From a virus (lineage: Duplodnaviria; Caudoviricetes): a stretch of 62,744 nucleotides of DNA. Below, in pieces: positions 48,648-56,323 of the stretch (position 1 is the stretch's first letter; each line of letters opens with the position of its first letter). Position numbers and translations under genes: made by a program. The stretch lies in IMG/VR virus record IMGVR_UViG_3300030390_001226, positions 1 to 62,744 of that record. One strand, written 5' to 3'. Under the pieces are notes generated by a model. The model made no database searches and was not told the DNA's origin. It saw only the letters and a program-made list of their open reading frames with translations.

Positions 48648-48679
48648 AGTTTTGGTTTGATTAAATTAACTTTCTGTTG

Positions 48680-48687
48680 CAAATATA
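48680..48687 (-). promoter_or_regulatory. Bacteroidota -7 element
   Basis: TATATTTG on - strand upstream of ERF gene. Confidence 0.6.
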
Positions 48688-48728
48688 GTGAACTTTTTTT
48701 ACTCCTGAAACGTTTTTAGTAAAAATAT

Positions 48729-49097
48729 TTAACTAAATCCTATAATTTCGTAATTTAAATTAGCAGGAAATATGTCTTTTATGATGTTCTGTACTGACAT
48801 TAAATGTTCTTGTGCTTGAAGTTCATCTTCGGTATTGTAGAACGAAATGATAGTGATGCCATCAAATTTTGGAGAGAGTATACACTCATTTAAATCTAGG
48901 TACTTATCCTTACAAGAACCTAGTATTATAATGTTTTCTGTCTCGTGAAAATAATTGTACTTAATTTTATGCTTGTTAAATGTTTTTATCAACATTTTAA
49001 TGTAAGGGTGCTTAATGGGTGTTATCCTCTTGTCTAACTTTACTTTTATACCCACGCCTCTTAGCATTGATTCTATTGCGTTCGTCTCGTATTCCAT
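48729..49097 (-). CDS. Hypothetical protein
   Basis: 122-aa ORF. Confidence 0.55.
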   Translation of the reverse strand: MEYETNAIESMLRGVGIKVKLDKRITPIKHPYIKMLIKTFNKHKIKYNYFHETENIIILGSCKDKYLDLNECILSPKFDGITIISFYNTEDELQAQEHLMSVQNIIKDIFPANLNYEIIGFS

Positions 49098-49395
49098 TTA
49101 TCTTGCGTATAAAACTAGTTAGTGTACAGTTGCTCTCCAGTAAGTAATTTAAATGCTTCAACTCGAGTTTTTCTACTGAGTTCAAAAGGTAACGTATTTT
49201 AAGTTTACATTTGTAGGGTGTCATCTTAAATTGTTTGCTACCAGACATTTTCTTGGATAAATCATTCATACTTTCAATTATAGGTACTACGTACTTACTT
49301 CTTATCTTTGAGTATTTAACGTATGATTGGCAGGGGTCTTGCTCCCCATCCATCCATATCTGGTCTACATCAATTGTCTTTACTTGATTCTGCAT
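49012..49395 (-). CDS. Hypothetical protein
   Basis: Start set at MQNQVK. Confidence 0.5.
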   Translation of the reverse strand: MQNQVKTIDVDQIWMDGEQDPCQSYVKYSKIRSKYVVPIIESMNDLSKKMSGSKQFKMTPYKCKLKIRYLLNSVEKLELKHLNYLLESNCTLTSFIRKINGIRDERNRINAKRRGYKSKVRQEDNTH

Positions 49396-49537
49396 CTTTA
49401 ATTTGTTTAAGTTCTTCTTCGGCTGTTTCTGATTCGTTCTGTAGAGCATCTATACACTCCATCAATTCCTTTACCCTATTCTCTAGGGCTTGTATCCTTA
49501 AGAGGTTATACTCTTCTTGTTGCTCGTCTCTACTCAT
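49370..49537 (-). CDS. 55-aa coiled-coil protein (not in ORF track)
   Basis: MSRDEQQEEYNLLRIQALENRVKEL...; conserved CTAGAAATTATG leader. Confidence 0.6.
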   Translation of the reverse strand: MSRDEQQEEYNLLRIQALENRVKELMECIDALQNESETAEEELKQIKDAESSKDN

Positions 49538-49542
49538 AATTT

Positions 49543-49728
49543 CTAGTTGGTTATTTCGTCTATTGCTTTAATTAAATTGATTCTTAAGAGTTTCCACGCT
49601 CCATCGCAATCAAAGTCTAGACCCTCGTTTTCTCTTGCTAGGTTTATTAGCATATGAATTTCTTTTGTTATCTCCATAACTTCTAATGATAGTGTAGCTG
49701 AGTATGATTCTAATTGATCTAATGTCAT
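49543..49728 (-). CDS. Hypothetical early protein
   Basis: Start set at MTLDQ by conserved leader. Confidence 0.55.
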   Translation of the reverse strand: MTLDQLESYSATLSLEVMEITKEIHMLINLARENEGLDFDCDGAWKLLRINLIKAIDEITN

Positions 49729-49892
49729 AGTCTTAGTTGTTTTGGTTTTTAGGTTTAACGTCTTTAGTCTTAAGGATAGTGAATTGATGTTCCTCATCCT
49801 CTAATCTTCTGTCGTGTTTAATCTTAGGTAGTAAATCCTCGTTAAAGGTGTTTAGGTAGTCCTCACCCATCTGGATGAATAATTCTTTTAAG

Positions 49893-50114
49893 TTATTCAT
49901 AGTACTGCTCATTTTGGTTAATAATGGTTTGCTCTAACTCATCTATAGCATCTGTGCTTAGGTAGTCATATATAAAGTCTGTAATGTCCACTGCGTTCAT
50001 AGATGTCTTGCAGTGGTACATTAAGGATTCTAATTCGAAGTGTTCTCTTGATACGTGAGCGTGTGCTACTACCTCGTAGGTCTCACTCTCTTTGATTGTC
50101 TGTGTGATATTCAT
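49893..50114 (-). CDS. Hypothetical early protein
   Basis: 73 aa; AAACCAAAACACTATG leader. Confidence 0.6.
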   Translation of the reverse strand: MNITQTIKESETYEVVAHAHVSREHFELESLMYHCKTSMNAVDITDFIYDYLSTDAIDELEQTIINQNEQYYE

Positions 50115-50122
50115 AGTGTTTT

Positions 50123-50152
50123 GGTTTATCGGTTTATCGGTTTATCGGTTTA
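50123..50152. repeat. Tandem 8-mer (GGTTTATC) x3.75
   Basis: Direct reading. Confidence 0.9.
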
Positions 50153-50313
50153 AGGGTGTATATATACCCTTTGCAAACCGATGGAATCCTTCCTTTAGCA
50201 AATTGTTGCATCATCTGTAGGTTAGCCTTGAATAGCTTGATGCATCTGTCTATTTGTTTATCTGTTCCGTTCTGTCCGTTGTACTGGCAGATTTGTTTAG
50301 CTAGGTCTCTCAT
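50134..50313 (-). CDS. 59-aa hypothetical protein (not in ORF track)
   Basis: MRDLAKQICQYNGQNG...; conserved leader and promoter directly upstream. Confidence 0.6.
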   Translation of the reverse strand: MRDLAKQICQYNGQNGTDKQIDRCIKLFKANLQMMQQFAKGRIPSVCKGYIYTLKPINR

Positions 50314-50337
50314 AGTGTTTTGGTTTGGTTTAGACTA

Positions 50338-50369
50338 CAAACATAGTAAACTTATTTTACTTTACCAAA
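50338..50369 (-). promoter_or_regulatory. Bacteroidota-type promoter
   Basis: TTTG-N20-TATGTTTG on - strand. Confidence 0.75.
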
Positions 50370-50494
50370 TAAATTTACATCTATATAAAAATAACACTTG
50401 ATTATGTCATTTATTTCGTGTAACTTCGTAAAATATAATATTAAGTATAACAAATACCCTTACCTCCCTTTAAAAAATCTTAAAAGAATCAGTC

Positions 50495-50609
50495 CAAGTG
50501 AGGTTCAGTTAAGCCAATGGAGCATTATAAGGGCTTGGCGCAACGTAAGCGAGCTTCTTGTTACCCAACCAATCACTTGTACCCTTTTATGTATTAAGCC
50601 CATATTATG
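50495..50609 (-). ncRNA. Candidate pseudoknotted RNA
   Basis: Interleaved inverted repeats 50495-501/50573-79 and 50523-36/50596-609. Confidence 0.35.
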
Positions 50610-50622
50610 TTCTGTAAGTTCA

Positions 50623-50826
50623 TTAATAAAACAAGGACATACAAGTCTTGTAAGCCTCAGGGTTCTTATCTACCCTCTTAAACGTACTCGCAATAGGATT
50701 CAAGGTATTGCTATCCTTGTATTCTTTTAATGCTTTAGTAATAGCACCACGCTTAGTCTTAGCGTATACGGTGTTCCATCCTCCACCCTCGAAGTTGAAC
50801 ATAAATTCTTTTAATGGTAATTCCAT
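50623..50826 (-). CDS. Hypothetical early protein
   Basis: 67 aa with conserved leader. Confidence 0.6.
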   Translation of the reverse strand: MELPLKEFMFNFEGGGWNTVYAKTKRGAITKALKEYKDSNTLNPIASTFKRVDKNPEAYKTCMSLFY

Positions 50827-50845
50827 AATGATAGTGTGTTTTGGT

Positions 50846-51106
50846 TTAACAATATATTTCTGGAGGTATACTCTCTTGTAGTATACGTATCTGCTTAATG
50901 TGTCGCATATATTTTAAGCAGACCTCATACTCTTTTATCAATCCTTCCCAATCTTCATCTTCTTCGTATATGTCCATAGCATCAGACGAACCTTGTGCTT
51001 GACACCACATAGAATCGTTATAGTCATACCCACTATACTCAGTATAGATGTCCCATATTTCGTTGTACATCTCTTGTGCTAATTCTTTTGCTTTTCCTTT
51101 ATTCAT
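50846..51106 (-). CDS. Hypothetical acidic early protein
   Basis: 86 aa with conserved leader. Confidence 0.6.
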   Translation of the reverse strand: MNKGKAKELAQEMYNEIWDIYTEYSGYDYNDSMWCQAQGSSDAMDIYEEDEDWEGLIKEYEVCLKYMRHIKQIRILQESIPPEIYC

Positions 51107-51123
51107 GATGGTAGTGTTTTTTG

Positions 51124-51363
51124 TTAGTAATAGTATAGTTGAAATTGCTCTTTCAAAGCTCTGCCCTCTCTAGTATTGAAACCATAGCTATGTGTGTACA
51201 TACCCTCTATTGGTTCATTCTCTACCATAAAGAGGAATACTTCTTTTGGGGTTGCTTCGTGTCGCTTTGATACTTCCTTACAAGCATACTCCATTTTATC
51301 AATATCGTGTACTACCTTACCATAGTTATCCATAAGGTATTTGTGCATTTGTTTTGCTTTCAT
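51124..51363 (-). CDS. Hypothetical early protein
   Basis: 79 aa. Confidence 0.6.
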   Translation of the reverse strand: MKAKQMHKYLMDNYGKVVHDIDKMEYACKEVSKRHEATPKEVFLFMVENEPIEGMYTHSYGFNTREGRALKEQFQLYYY

Positions 51364-51686
51364 AGTTATTTAATTTTGTATTCATCATAGGTTAAACAAT
51401 AGTGTACACTATTAGGTTGTAGGTCTAATAGGTGTTTACAACAATCCATATAAGAACCTTTGTGTAAGATTTCTTCGTTGTAGTATAGAGTGTATGTTTT
51501 ATCCATAGTTTATAAGGGTTAGGTTAATTATTGGAAACATAATGTAAGGAATATTCTAGCAAGGTATTGTACCCTGCAAATTCTACTAGTAATTCAGATC
51601 GTATTAATGATAGTGAAATTTCTACCACCTCATCTTGAGGCAGTAGTATTTCCGTATGGTTGGTTAGGTATTGTTGTCGCATAGTC

Positions 51687-51998
51687 TTAGTCTTCTAATT
51701 CAATTAATTTTCCGTTTACTTCTTTGTATTGTAAGTCATCCTCACATTCCCACTCAGTCCAATAGTAGTAGTCTGCTTTGTAGTAGTCTTCAATTAGCCA
51801 ATCATCCGTTAGCCTACCCTCTGATACATCTTTATCATACTCAAGGTTACCCTTTTTCTCTACCTCTCTAAGATGCTTAATCATATCCTTCTCGTACTTT
51901 ATGTACATTAGTCCATCTTCTATGCAGTATCCCTCATTCATTCCCTCACCAGTAATATCGCATTGTCTGGCGTATAGTATTTCTTCTTGCTTTGTCAT
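51687..51998 (-). CDS. Hypothetical early protein
   Basis: ARQCDITGEGMNEGY...YYWTEWE. Confidence 0.65.
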   Translation of the reverse strand: MTKQEEILYARQCDITGEGMNEGYCIEDGLMYIKYEKDMIKHLREVEKKGNLEYDKDVSEGRLTDDWLIEDYYKADYYYWTEWECEDDLQYKEVNGKLIELED

Positions 51999-52019
51999 AA
52001 TTTTGTAATTTGATAGTGA

Positions 52020-52370
52020 TTAATTAATTCCCCAACCTTGTCCATAAGTACCACATTCTTCTTGTGGTCTAGCATCCTCTTTTGATACTATCTCCCAAGA
52101 GCATTTACCCTCTACGCTATCTGCAAATGAATACTCCCCATCCTTGTACTCTTCTAGGGTAGTATAAACATAGCTACCATAAGACTCAACTCCATCGCAG
52201 TCTTGAGAGTAGGTGTTTACATATATAGCACCATCCTCTGCAAGTGCTTTGTATACCTTGTGGTGTTGTGTAGATTGGCTTAAGGCTTTAAGTCGAGCCT
52301 TTAACTTAGCAATCTCTAAGTCTTTCTCCTTTAGTACTTCAAGAACGAAATCTTTTTCTTCTGTATTCAT
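52020..52370 (-). CDS. Hypothetical early protein
   Basis: 116 aa, DCDG motif. Confidence 0.6.
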   Translation of the reverse strand: MNTEEKDFVLEVLKEKDLEIAKLKARLKALSQSTQHHKVYKALAEDGAIYVNTYSQDCDGVESYGSYVYTTLEEYKDGEYSFADSVEGKCSWEIVSKEDARPQEECGTYGQGWGIN

Positions 52371-52382
52371 AATTTCTAAATT

Positions 52383-52616
52383 TTAGTTACATCTATCTAA
52401 GTAGTCATCGTGTATACCCAAGTCAACCTCCTGCTGGTGTTCGCATTCAGTCTCCCATTCTTGCTCTTCTATATATGGTATGGTTTTCTCTAAGACATCG
52501 TTAAATGAATCTAAAGTCCTTCTTAGATATTCGGAATTTATGTAAACTCCGTTAAACTCCTTATTTTCCTTTAACTTTCTAAGTAAAAAGGTTAATTCTT
52601 TTAAGTCATCAATCAT
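52383..52616 (-). CDS. Hypothetical early protein
   Basis: 77 aa with conserved leader. Confidence 0.6.
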   Translation of the reverse strand: MIDDLKELTFLLRKLKENKEFNGVYINSEYLRRTLDSFNDVLEKTIPYIEEQEWETECEHQQEVDLGIHDDYLDRCN

Positions 52617-52621
52617 AATTT

Positions 52622-52828
52622 CTAGCTTTCCTTGTTAAGTTCTTCCTTTGTCTTGATGGCATGGAGTAGTCTCCAATGCTCATCTTTAGTACCAAATATG
52701 TTGATGTAGTCGATAAGTTCTTGAGACGATGATAGAGAATTAATATCTTCGTTCCATACCTTGTTAAGGTTTAGTGGCATACGTACCATCTTAGATTGTA
52801 GGTAGCCTATTGTAATGTGTTGTCCCAT
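52622..52828 (-). CDS. Hypothetical early protein
   Basis: 68 aa with conserved leader. Confidence 0.6.
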   Translation of the reverse strand: MGQHITIGYLQSKMVRMPLNLNKVWNEDINSLSSSQELIDYINIFGTKDEHWRLLHAIKTKEELNKES

Positions 52829-52841
52829 AATTTCTATGTGT

Positions 52842-53024
52842 TTATCTTAGTTCTTGCCACGATTGATTCATATCCCCATAAATATCTCTTACATCTCTTA
52901 AATCTAAAGACCTTAACCAAGCTATGGCTTGCGAGTTAGTATCGCAATCAAAATCCTTTAACTTAAAGTTCGGTAGATTAATAATTTTTAAAGCTAATAG
53001 ATGCTTGTTTTCAAATACATTCAT
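52842..53024 (-). CDS. Hypothetical early protein
   Basis: 60 aa with conserved leader. Confidence 0.6.
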   Translation of the reverse strand: MNVFENKHLLALKIINLPNFKLKDFDCDTNSQAIAWLRSLDLRDVRDIYGDMNQSWQELR

Positions 53025-53033
53025 AATTTCTAG

Positions 53034-53204
53034 TTATTTAGTTAGTGTTTCATTGTAGTAGTCAGCACAAGCCATCGTTAGCTTTAATGCTTTTGAATCT
53101 GTTACATCGTAGACCATCTTAAAGATGGTAGCTACCTGTAATGCACTGCTCATCCCCGATTCAATGCATCTAGCGAATGTAATTCTGTGTTTTGTCGTAA
53201 TCAT
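53034..53204 (-). CDS. 56-aa early protein (not in ORF track)
   Basis: MITTKHRITF...; conserved leader. Confidence 0.55.
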   Translation of the reverse strand: MITTKHRITFARCIESGMSSALQVATIFKMVYDVTDSKALKLTMACADYYNETLTK

Positions 53205-53221
53205 AATGATAGTGTTTAGGT

Positions 53222-53395
53222 TTATCTTGTTCTGAATAGTAATCTCTCTTGTCTTTTTGAGTAACTATTGTCATTGTAGTTAGCTATCTTTCTCATCTTA
53301 GCTTCTGATAATATTCTACTGAATTGTTCAGCCTTATCATCATTATAATCGTAAGCCTTTTTTCTAAGGTTATGTACTAATCTTTCGTAATTCAT
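53222..53395 (-). CDS. 57-aa early protein (not in ORF track)
   Basis: MNYERLVHNL...; conserved leader. Confidence 0.55.
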   Translation of the reverse strand: MNYERLVHNLRKKAYDYNDDKAEQFSRILSEAKMRKIANYNDNSYSKRQERLLFRTR

Positions 53396-53408
53396 ATTTT
53401 CTAGTTGT

Positions 53409-53567
53409 TTAGTTTTCCTCTTCTAGGTGTAGTGCTATAAGGACTATGATAGGTAAGTCCATTAAGGTTATTAGAGCCTTAATCTCTATGCTGTCTGATG
53501 TAGTGTATACTATAGCCGTTAATGTTACGGCTAGTATAGTGATAATCGTTAAGATAAATTTATTCAT
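53409..53567 (-). CDS. 52-aa two-TM membrane protein
   Basis: Start set at MNKFILTII by conserved leader; two hydrophobic helices. Confidence 0.6.
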   Translation of the reverse strand: MNKFILTIITILAVTLTAIVYTTSDSIEIKALITLMDLPIIVLIALHLEEEN

Positions 53568-53592
53568 AGTTTCTAGTTGTTTAGTTTGACTA

Positions 53593-53754
53593 TTATTCTT
53601 CCTCCCAAAACTCAGCATCTCCATACACTCCAATGCTTTGCATATTACCTAGCATTGTTTCTGTCATAGCTTGTGTTTTTTCATTGGTCATCTCTTCCAC
53701 AGATAATGCTAATGCAGTTGCGATAATCTCTAGTTGTTTCTTGTTGAATCTCAT
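53593..53754 (-). CDS. 53-aa first early protein (not in ORF track)
   Basis: MRFNKKQLEI...FWEEE; directly downstream of the ribozyme. Confidence 0.6.
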   Translation of the reverse strand: MRFNKKQLEIIATALALSVEEMTNEKTQAMTETMLGNMQSIGVYGDAEFWEEE

Positions 53755-53780
53755 AATCTTAGTTGTTTAGGTTAATGTAT

Positions 53781-53833
53781 CCTTCTACTCAGCTTTTATG
53801 CAGACTTGTAACTGCCTTAGGTAGCTTTAAAGG
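53781..53833 (-). ncRNA. Twister ribozyme, type P1
   Basis: CCUU-UAA-AGCU-ACC-UAAG-GCAG-UUACAAGU-CUGC-AUAAA-AGCU-GAGUAG-AAGG: P1, P2, P4 and both pseudoknots (AC/GU, UAC/GUA) present. Confidence 0.85.
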
Positions 53834-54217
53834 GTTAAGATAAGGTAGGCTCAAGCACCACCTAATTAAGCCACAGCGTGTAGCCCTCATCTTAACATCC
53901 CATCGAATCAATAGGTACTGCCTACCATTGCAGTATTAAAGTCCTTAGAAGGACTGCCTTAATTTCTGTATCCTCTTACTAATTTGGTGTTGGTAAACGT
54001 CCTGTCGATTGAGTAGCTTATCGTATGCTACAGATTGCCAATAGATTCTAATGCCTTATAAGTGAACGAATATCTTAACACTTACCACAAGGTGGATAAC
54101 CTTGTCCCTCTGTTGAGTTTGGGCAATAGAGCCGTACAAAGCCGACTGCTGAATTTTGCGAATACCTCTTCCAATATGTCAATGAACGAGCAGTTAGGTG
54201 GATTACCTCATCTGCCC
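53829..54217 (-). ncRNA. Long structured leader RNA upstream of the twister cleavage site
   Basis: At least seven hairpins, no ORF of 60 aa or more, G-U pairs favour - strand. Confidence 0.55.
54172..54187 (-). promoter_or_regulatory. boxA-like antitermination element
   Basis: GTTCATTGACATATTG directly after the first transcript hairpin; resembles rrn boxA (GYTCTTT core). Confidence 0.55.
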
Positions 54218-54219
54218 TG

Positions 54220-54249
54220 CAAATAACGTAAAAGTTTTTTACTTACCAA
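54220..54249 (-). promoter_or_regulatory. Putative early promoter
   Basis: TTGGtaagtaaaaaacttttacGTTATTTG, similar to the 50338-50369 promoter; -7 element imperfect. Confidence 0.5.
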
Positions 54250-54505
54250 CTATAAAAAGTAAACTATTTTTACTTTATTTTTAAGATTGTACTGATACCA
54301 AGGGCTTCAGAGGGTAAAAAATGTTGGCTGTATAAGTGTATAGGCTGTGGGTAAGGGATTGATTGGGGGTAATTACTCCACCTCTCTCTACACCTCTTGC
54401 TACCAGAGGGATTGTACGATCTTTCTTTTATGGTGTATTGATACCACAATAGGTACATGATGCATTAGAAGGGCTAATATGTAGCTTTACTGGAGTGGTA
54501 TGTAT

Positions 54506-54575
54506 ATACTATTCATTGCATTGCAATTGCCTGCTCAACAATACTATTCATTGCATTGTATTTACCTGCTCAAGA
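54506..54575. repeat. Tandem 35-bp repeat x2 (31/35 identical)
   Basis: ATACTATTCATTGCATTG..T.CCTGCTCAA.A at 54506 and 54541. Confidence 0.9.
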
Positions 54576-54805
54576 TAATATTAGGTACTGCATACAATTA
54601 AATACACATAGATAGTAGGTAGTAGTCGGTGCATAACATAAATAGTAAATCGACATTTGAAATGCACGCATTGGATTTTGGTTTGGGTACACCCTTTGCA
54701 GATTTCGGTTTCGGTATAGGAAACACGCACGCAGATTAAATATATAACCCCCACCCCTTTCACACCTCACAAAAAATTTTTACCTTGCAAAAAAAATAGA
54801 GTAGT

Positions 54806-55159
54806 ATGTCTAAAATTAAAAAAGCAAAAAAGGGTTCTTCTTTAGAAAACATTTCTAAGTACGGTGGAAAGAAGGTAGTTTCTGGTGCAGAAAAGCGCAA
54901 CACTATAGGTGGTATGTCTAATTACAGACAGAATAAAATATCTAAACGAAATGACGTTTTAGCTGAAAGGCAAATAGGCAAGGCTAAGGGTTCTGAGAAA
55001 AGAATGTCTAAAAAGTTAGGTCGTGAAATAACTTCAGGTGAGCGTAAAGGTATATTAAGATCCTCTAACTCTTCTAACTCAAGAACTTCAAACGCTTTAA
55101 ATAAGGGTAGTAAGTTTGGGAATATGCTTAGATCTATAAACCCGTTTAAAAGAAGATAA
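54806..55159 (+). CDS. Lys/Arg-rich protein
   Basis: 117 aa, KKAKKG motif. Confidence 0.6.
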   Translation: MSKIKKAKKGSSLENISKYGGKKVVSGAEKRNTIGGMSNYRQNKISKRNDVLAERQIGKAKGSEKRMSKKLGREITSGERKGILRSSNSSNSRTSNALNKGSKFGNMLRSINPFKRR

Positions 55160-55164
55160 TAATT

Positions 55165-55467
55165 ATGCCAGATCCAATTAAAAAGAAAAAGAGTTTCGGA
55201 GTTTTAAAGTCTGACTCTAATAAGCTTAAGGATAAATTTACAGGTCCAAGAAACTTAAATAAGAAAAAAGTTGCAGAACTTAATTCTAAGATTGCAAGTT
55301 TAGAAAAGAGCTTTAATACTGAAGAAAGAAGGTATAGAGCAAAAGGTAATGCTGGCTTTAGTGTCGGAATGAAAAGATATAGTAAAGAGGCTACAAAGAT
55401 TAACGAGGAGTTAATAAAGCTCACAGGTAAAGGTTCTTCTTTTTACGAGTCTAAAAGAAAAAAATAA
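55165..55467 (+). CDS. Lys-rich protein
   Basis: Starts MPDPIK. Confidence 0.6.
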   Translation: MPDPIKKKKSFGVLKSDSNKLKDKFTGPRNLNKKKVAELNSKIASLEKSFNTEERRYRAKGNAGFSVGMKRYSKEATKINEELIKLTGKGSSFYESKRKK

Positions 55468-55469
55468 TT

Positions 55470-55760
55470 ATGCCAGACCCAATAAAACGAGGAAGAAAAA
55501 GAAAAGCACGAAAGATCCGTAAGGGTAAAGGTGTTAGAAAAAACGATGACGGAACAGTCTCCACTCACTTAATGGCTACGTACACAGGTGAGGGTGGTAA
55601 GAATTATGTTGCTCCAACTATAGCTCCTAATAAGGACGGAGTATATAAGCCTCAGTCTTTCTCTCAAGCGTTAAAGAAGGGAGAGGTGTTTGAGTTTAAA
55701 AATAAAAAACGTGCTGACAAGTTTGCTAAAGGAAGTTGGAAAAATAAAAACTATAAGTAA
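55470..55760 (+). CDS. Lys/Arg-rich protein
   Basis: Starts MPDPIK; NDDGTVSTHLM...FAKGSWK. Confidence 0.65.
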   Translation: MPDPIKRGRKRKARKIRKGKGVRKNDDGTVSTHLMATYTGEGGKNYVAPTIAPNKDGVYKPQSFSQALKKGEVFEFKNKKRADKFAKGSWKNKNYK

Positions 55761-55766
55761 AGATAT

Positions 55767-55931
55767 ATGTTCGATAACGTTTACGGTGGTTTAGACCCAA
55801 AAGATTTAGAGTCAAAGATAGTAGCTTCAGGTCACTTTGTAGGTGATTCTCATTACGTGGCTGTAATACAGGACATGAAGGGTAATGTTATAGACATAGA
55901 CGTTACGACTGTAGACGAGGAGATCTTTTAG
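55767..55931 (+). CDS. 54-aa acidic protein (not in ORF track)
   Basis: MFDNVYGGLDPKD...EEIF. Confidence 0.5.
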   Translation: MFDNVYGGLDPKDLESKIVASGHFVGDSHYVAVIQDMKGNVIDIDVTTVDEEIF

Positions 55932-55933
55932 TC

Positions 55934-56323
55934 TTGGATAATAGCAAGAAGATTAAAAAGGATCAGCTTGGTATGGATCCTAGCACAGCCTCTAACAGGT
56001 TAAAGAAACAGTTGATGTACACCTTAGCTGTAAAGTTAGATATGCACTGGTGTTTTCAGTGTGCTGCAAAGATAGAGTCCTCAAAAGACATGAGTATAGA
56101 ACATAAAACCCCTTGGCTTCATTCGGAAGATCCTAAGGGGTTATTTTTTGATATAGATAATATAGCATTCTCTCACAACAGCTGCAATTATAAAGCGTCT
56201 AGAGGTTCATCTCCTAGAGTTCCTTGCCCCTCAACAGCAGCATACAGAAGAGGATGCCGATGTGAAGGTTGCAAGAAGTCTAATAGTGATTATAAAAGAG
56301 AGCTAAGGTCTAGATCCTATTGA
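55934..56323 (+). CDS. HNH-like endonuclease with Cys-rich C-terminus
   Basis: CFQC...IEHK...NIAFSHNSCN and YRRGCRCEGC. Confidence 0.65.
   Translation: MDNSKKIKKDQLGMDPSTASNRLKKQLMYTLAVKLDMHWCFQCAAKIESSKDMSIEHKTPWLHSEDPKGLFFDIDNIAFSHNSCNYKASRGSSPRVPCPSTAAYRRGCRCEGCKKSNSDYKRELRSRSY

Noticed and set aside
54091-54099. DnaA box (TTATCCACC on - strand)
   Set aside because: Single 8/9 match, better explained as one of the twin RNA hairpins; not fully excluded given the DnaA domain IV-like gene
54506-54575. CRISPR mini-array
   Set aside because: Two abutting 35-bp units with no spacer and no cas genes
54270-54770. Track ORFs 54270-54458, 54570-54770 and 54581-54763
   Set aside because: Atypical composition, no conserved leader, overlap repeats; probably non-coding
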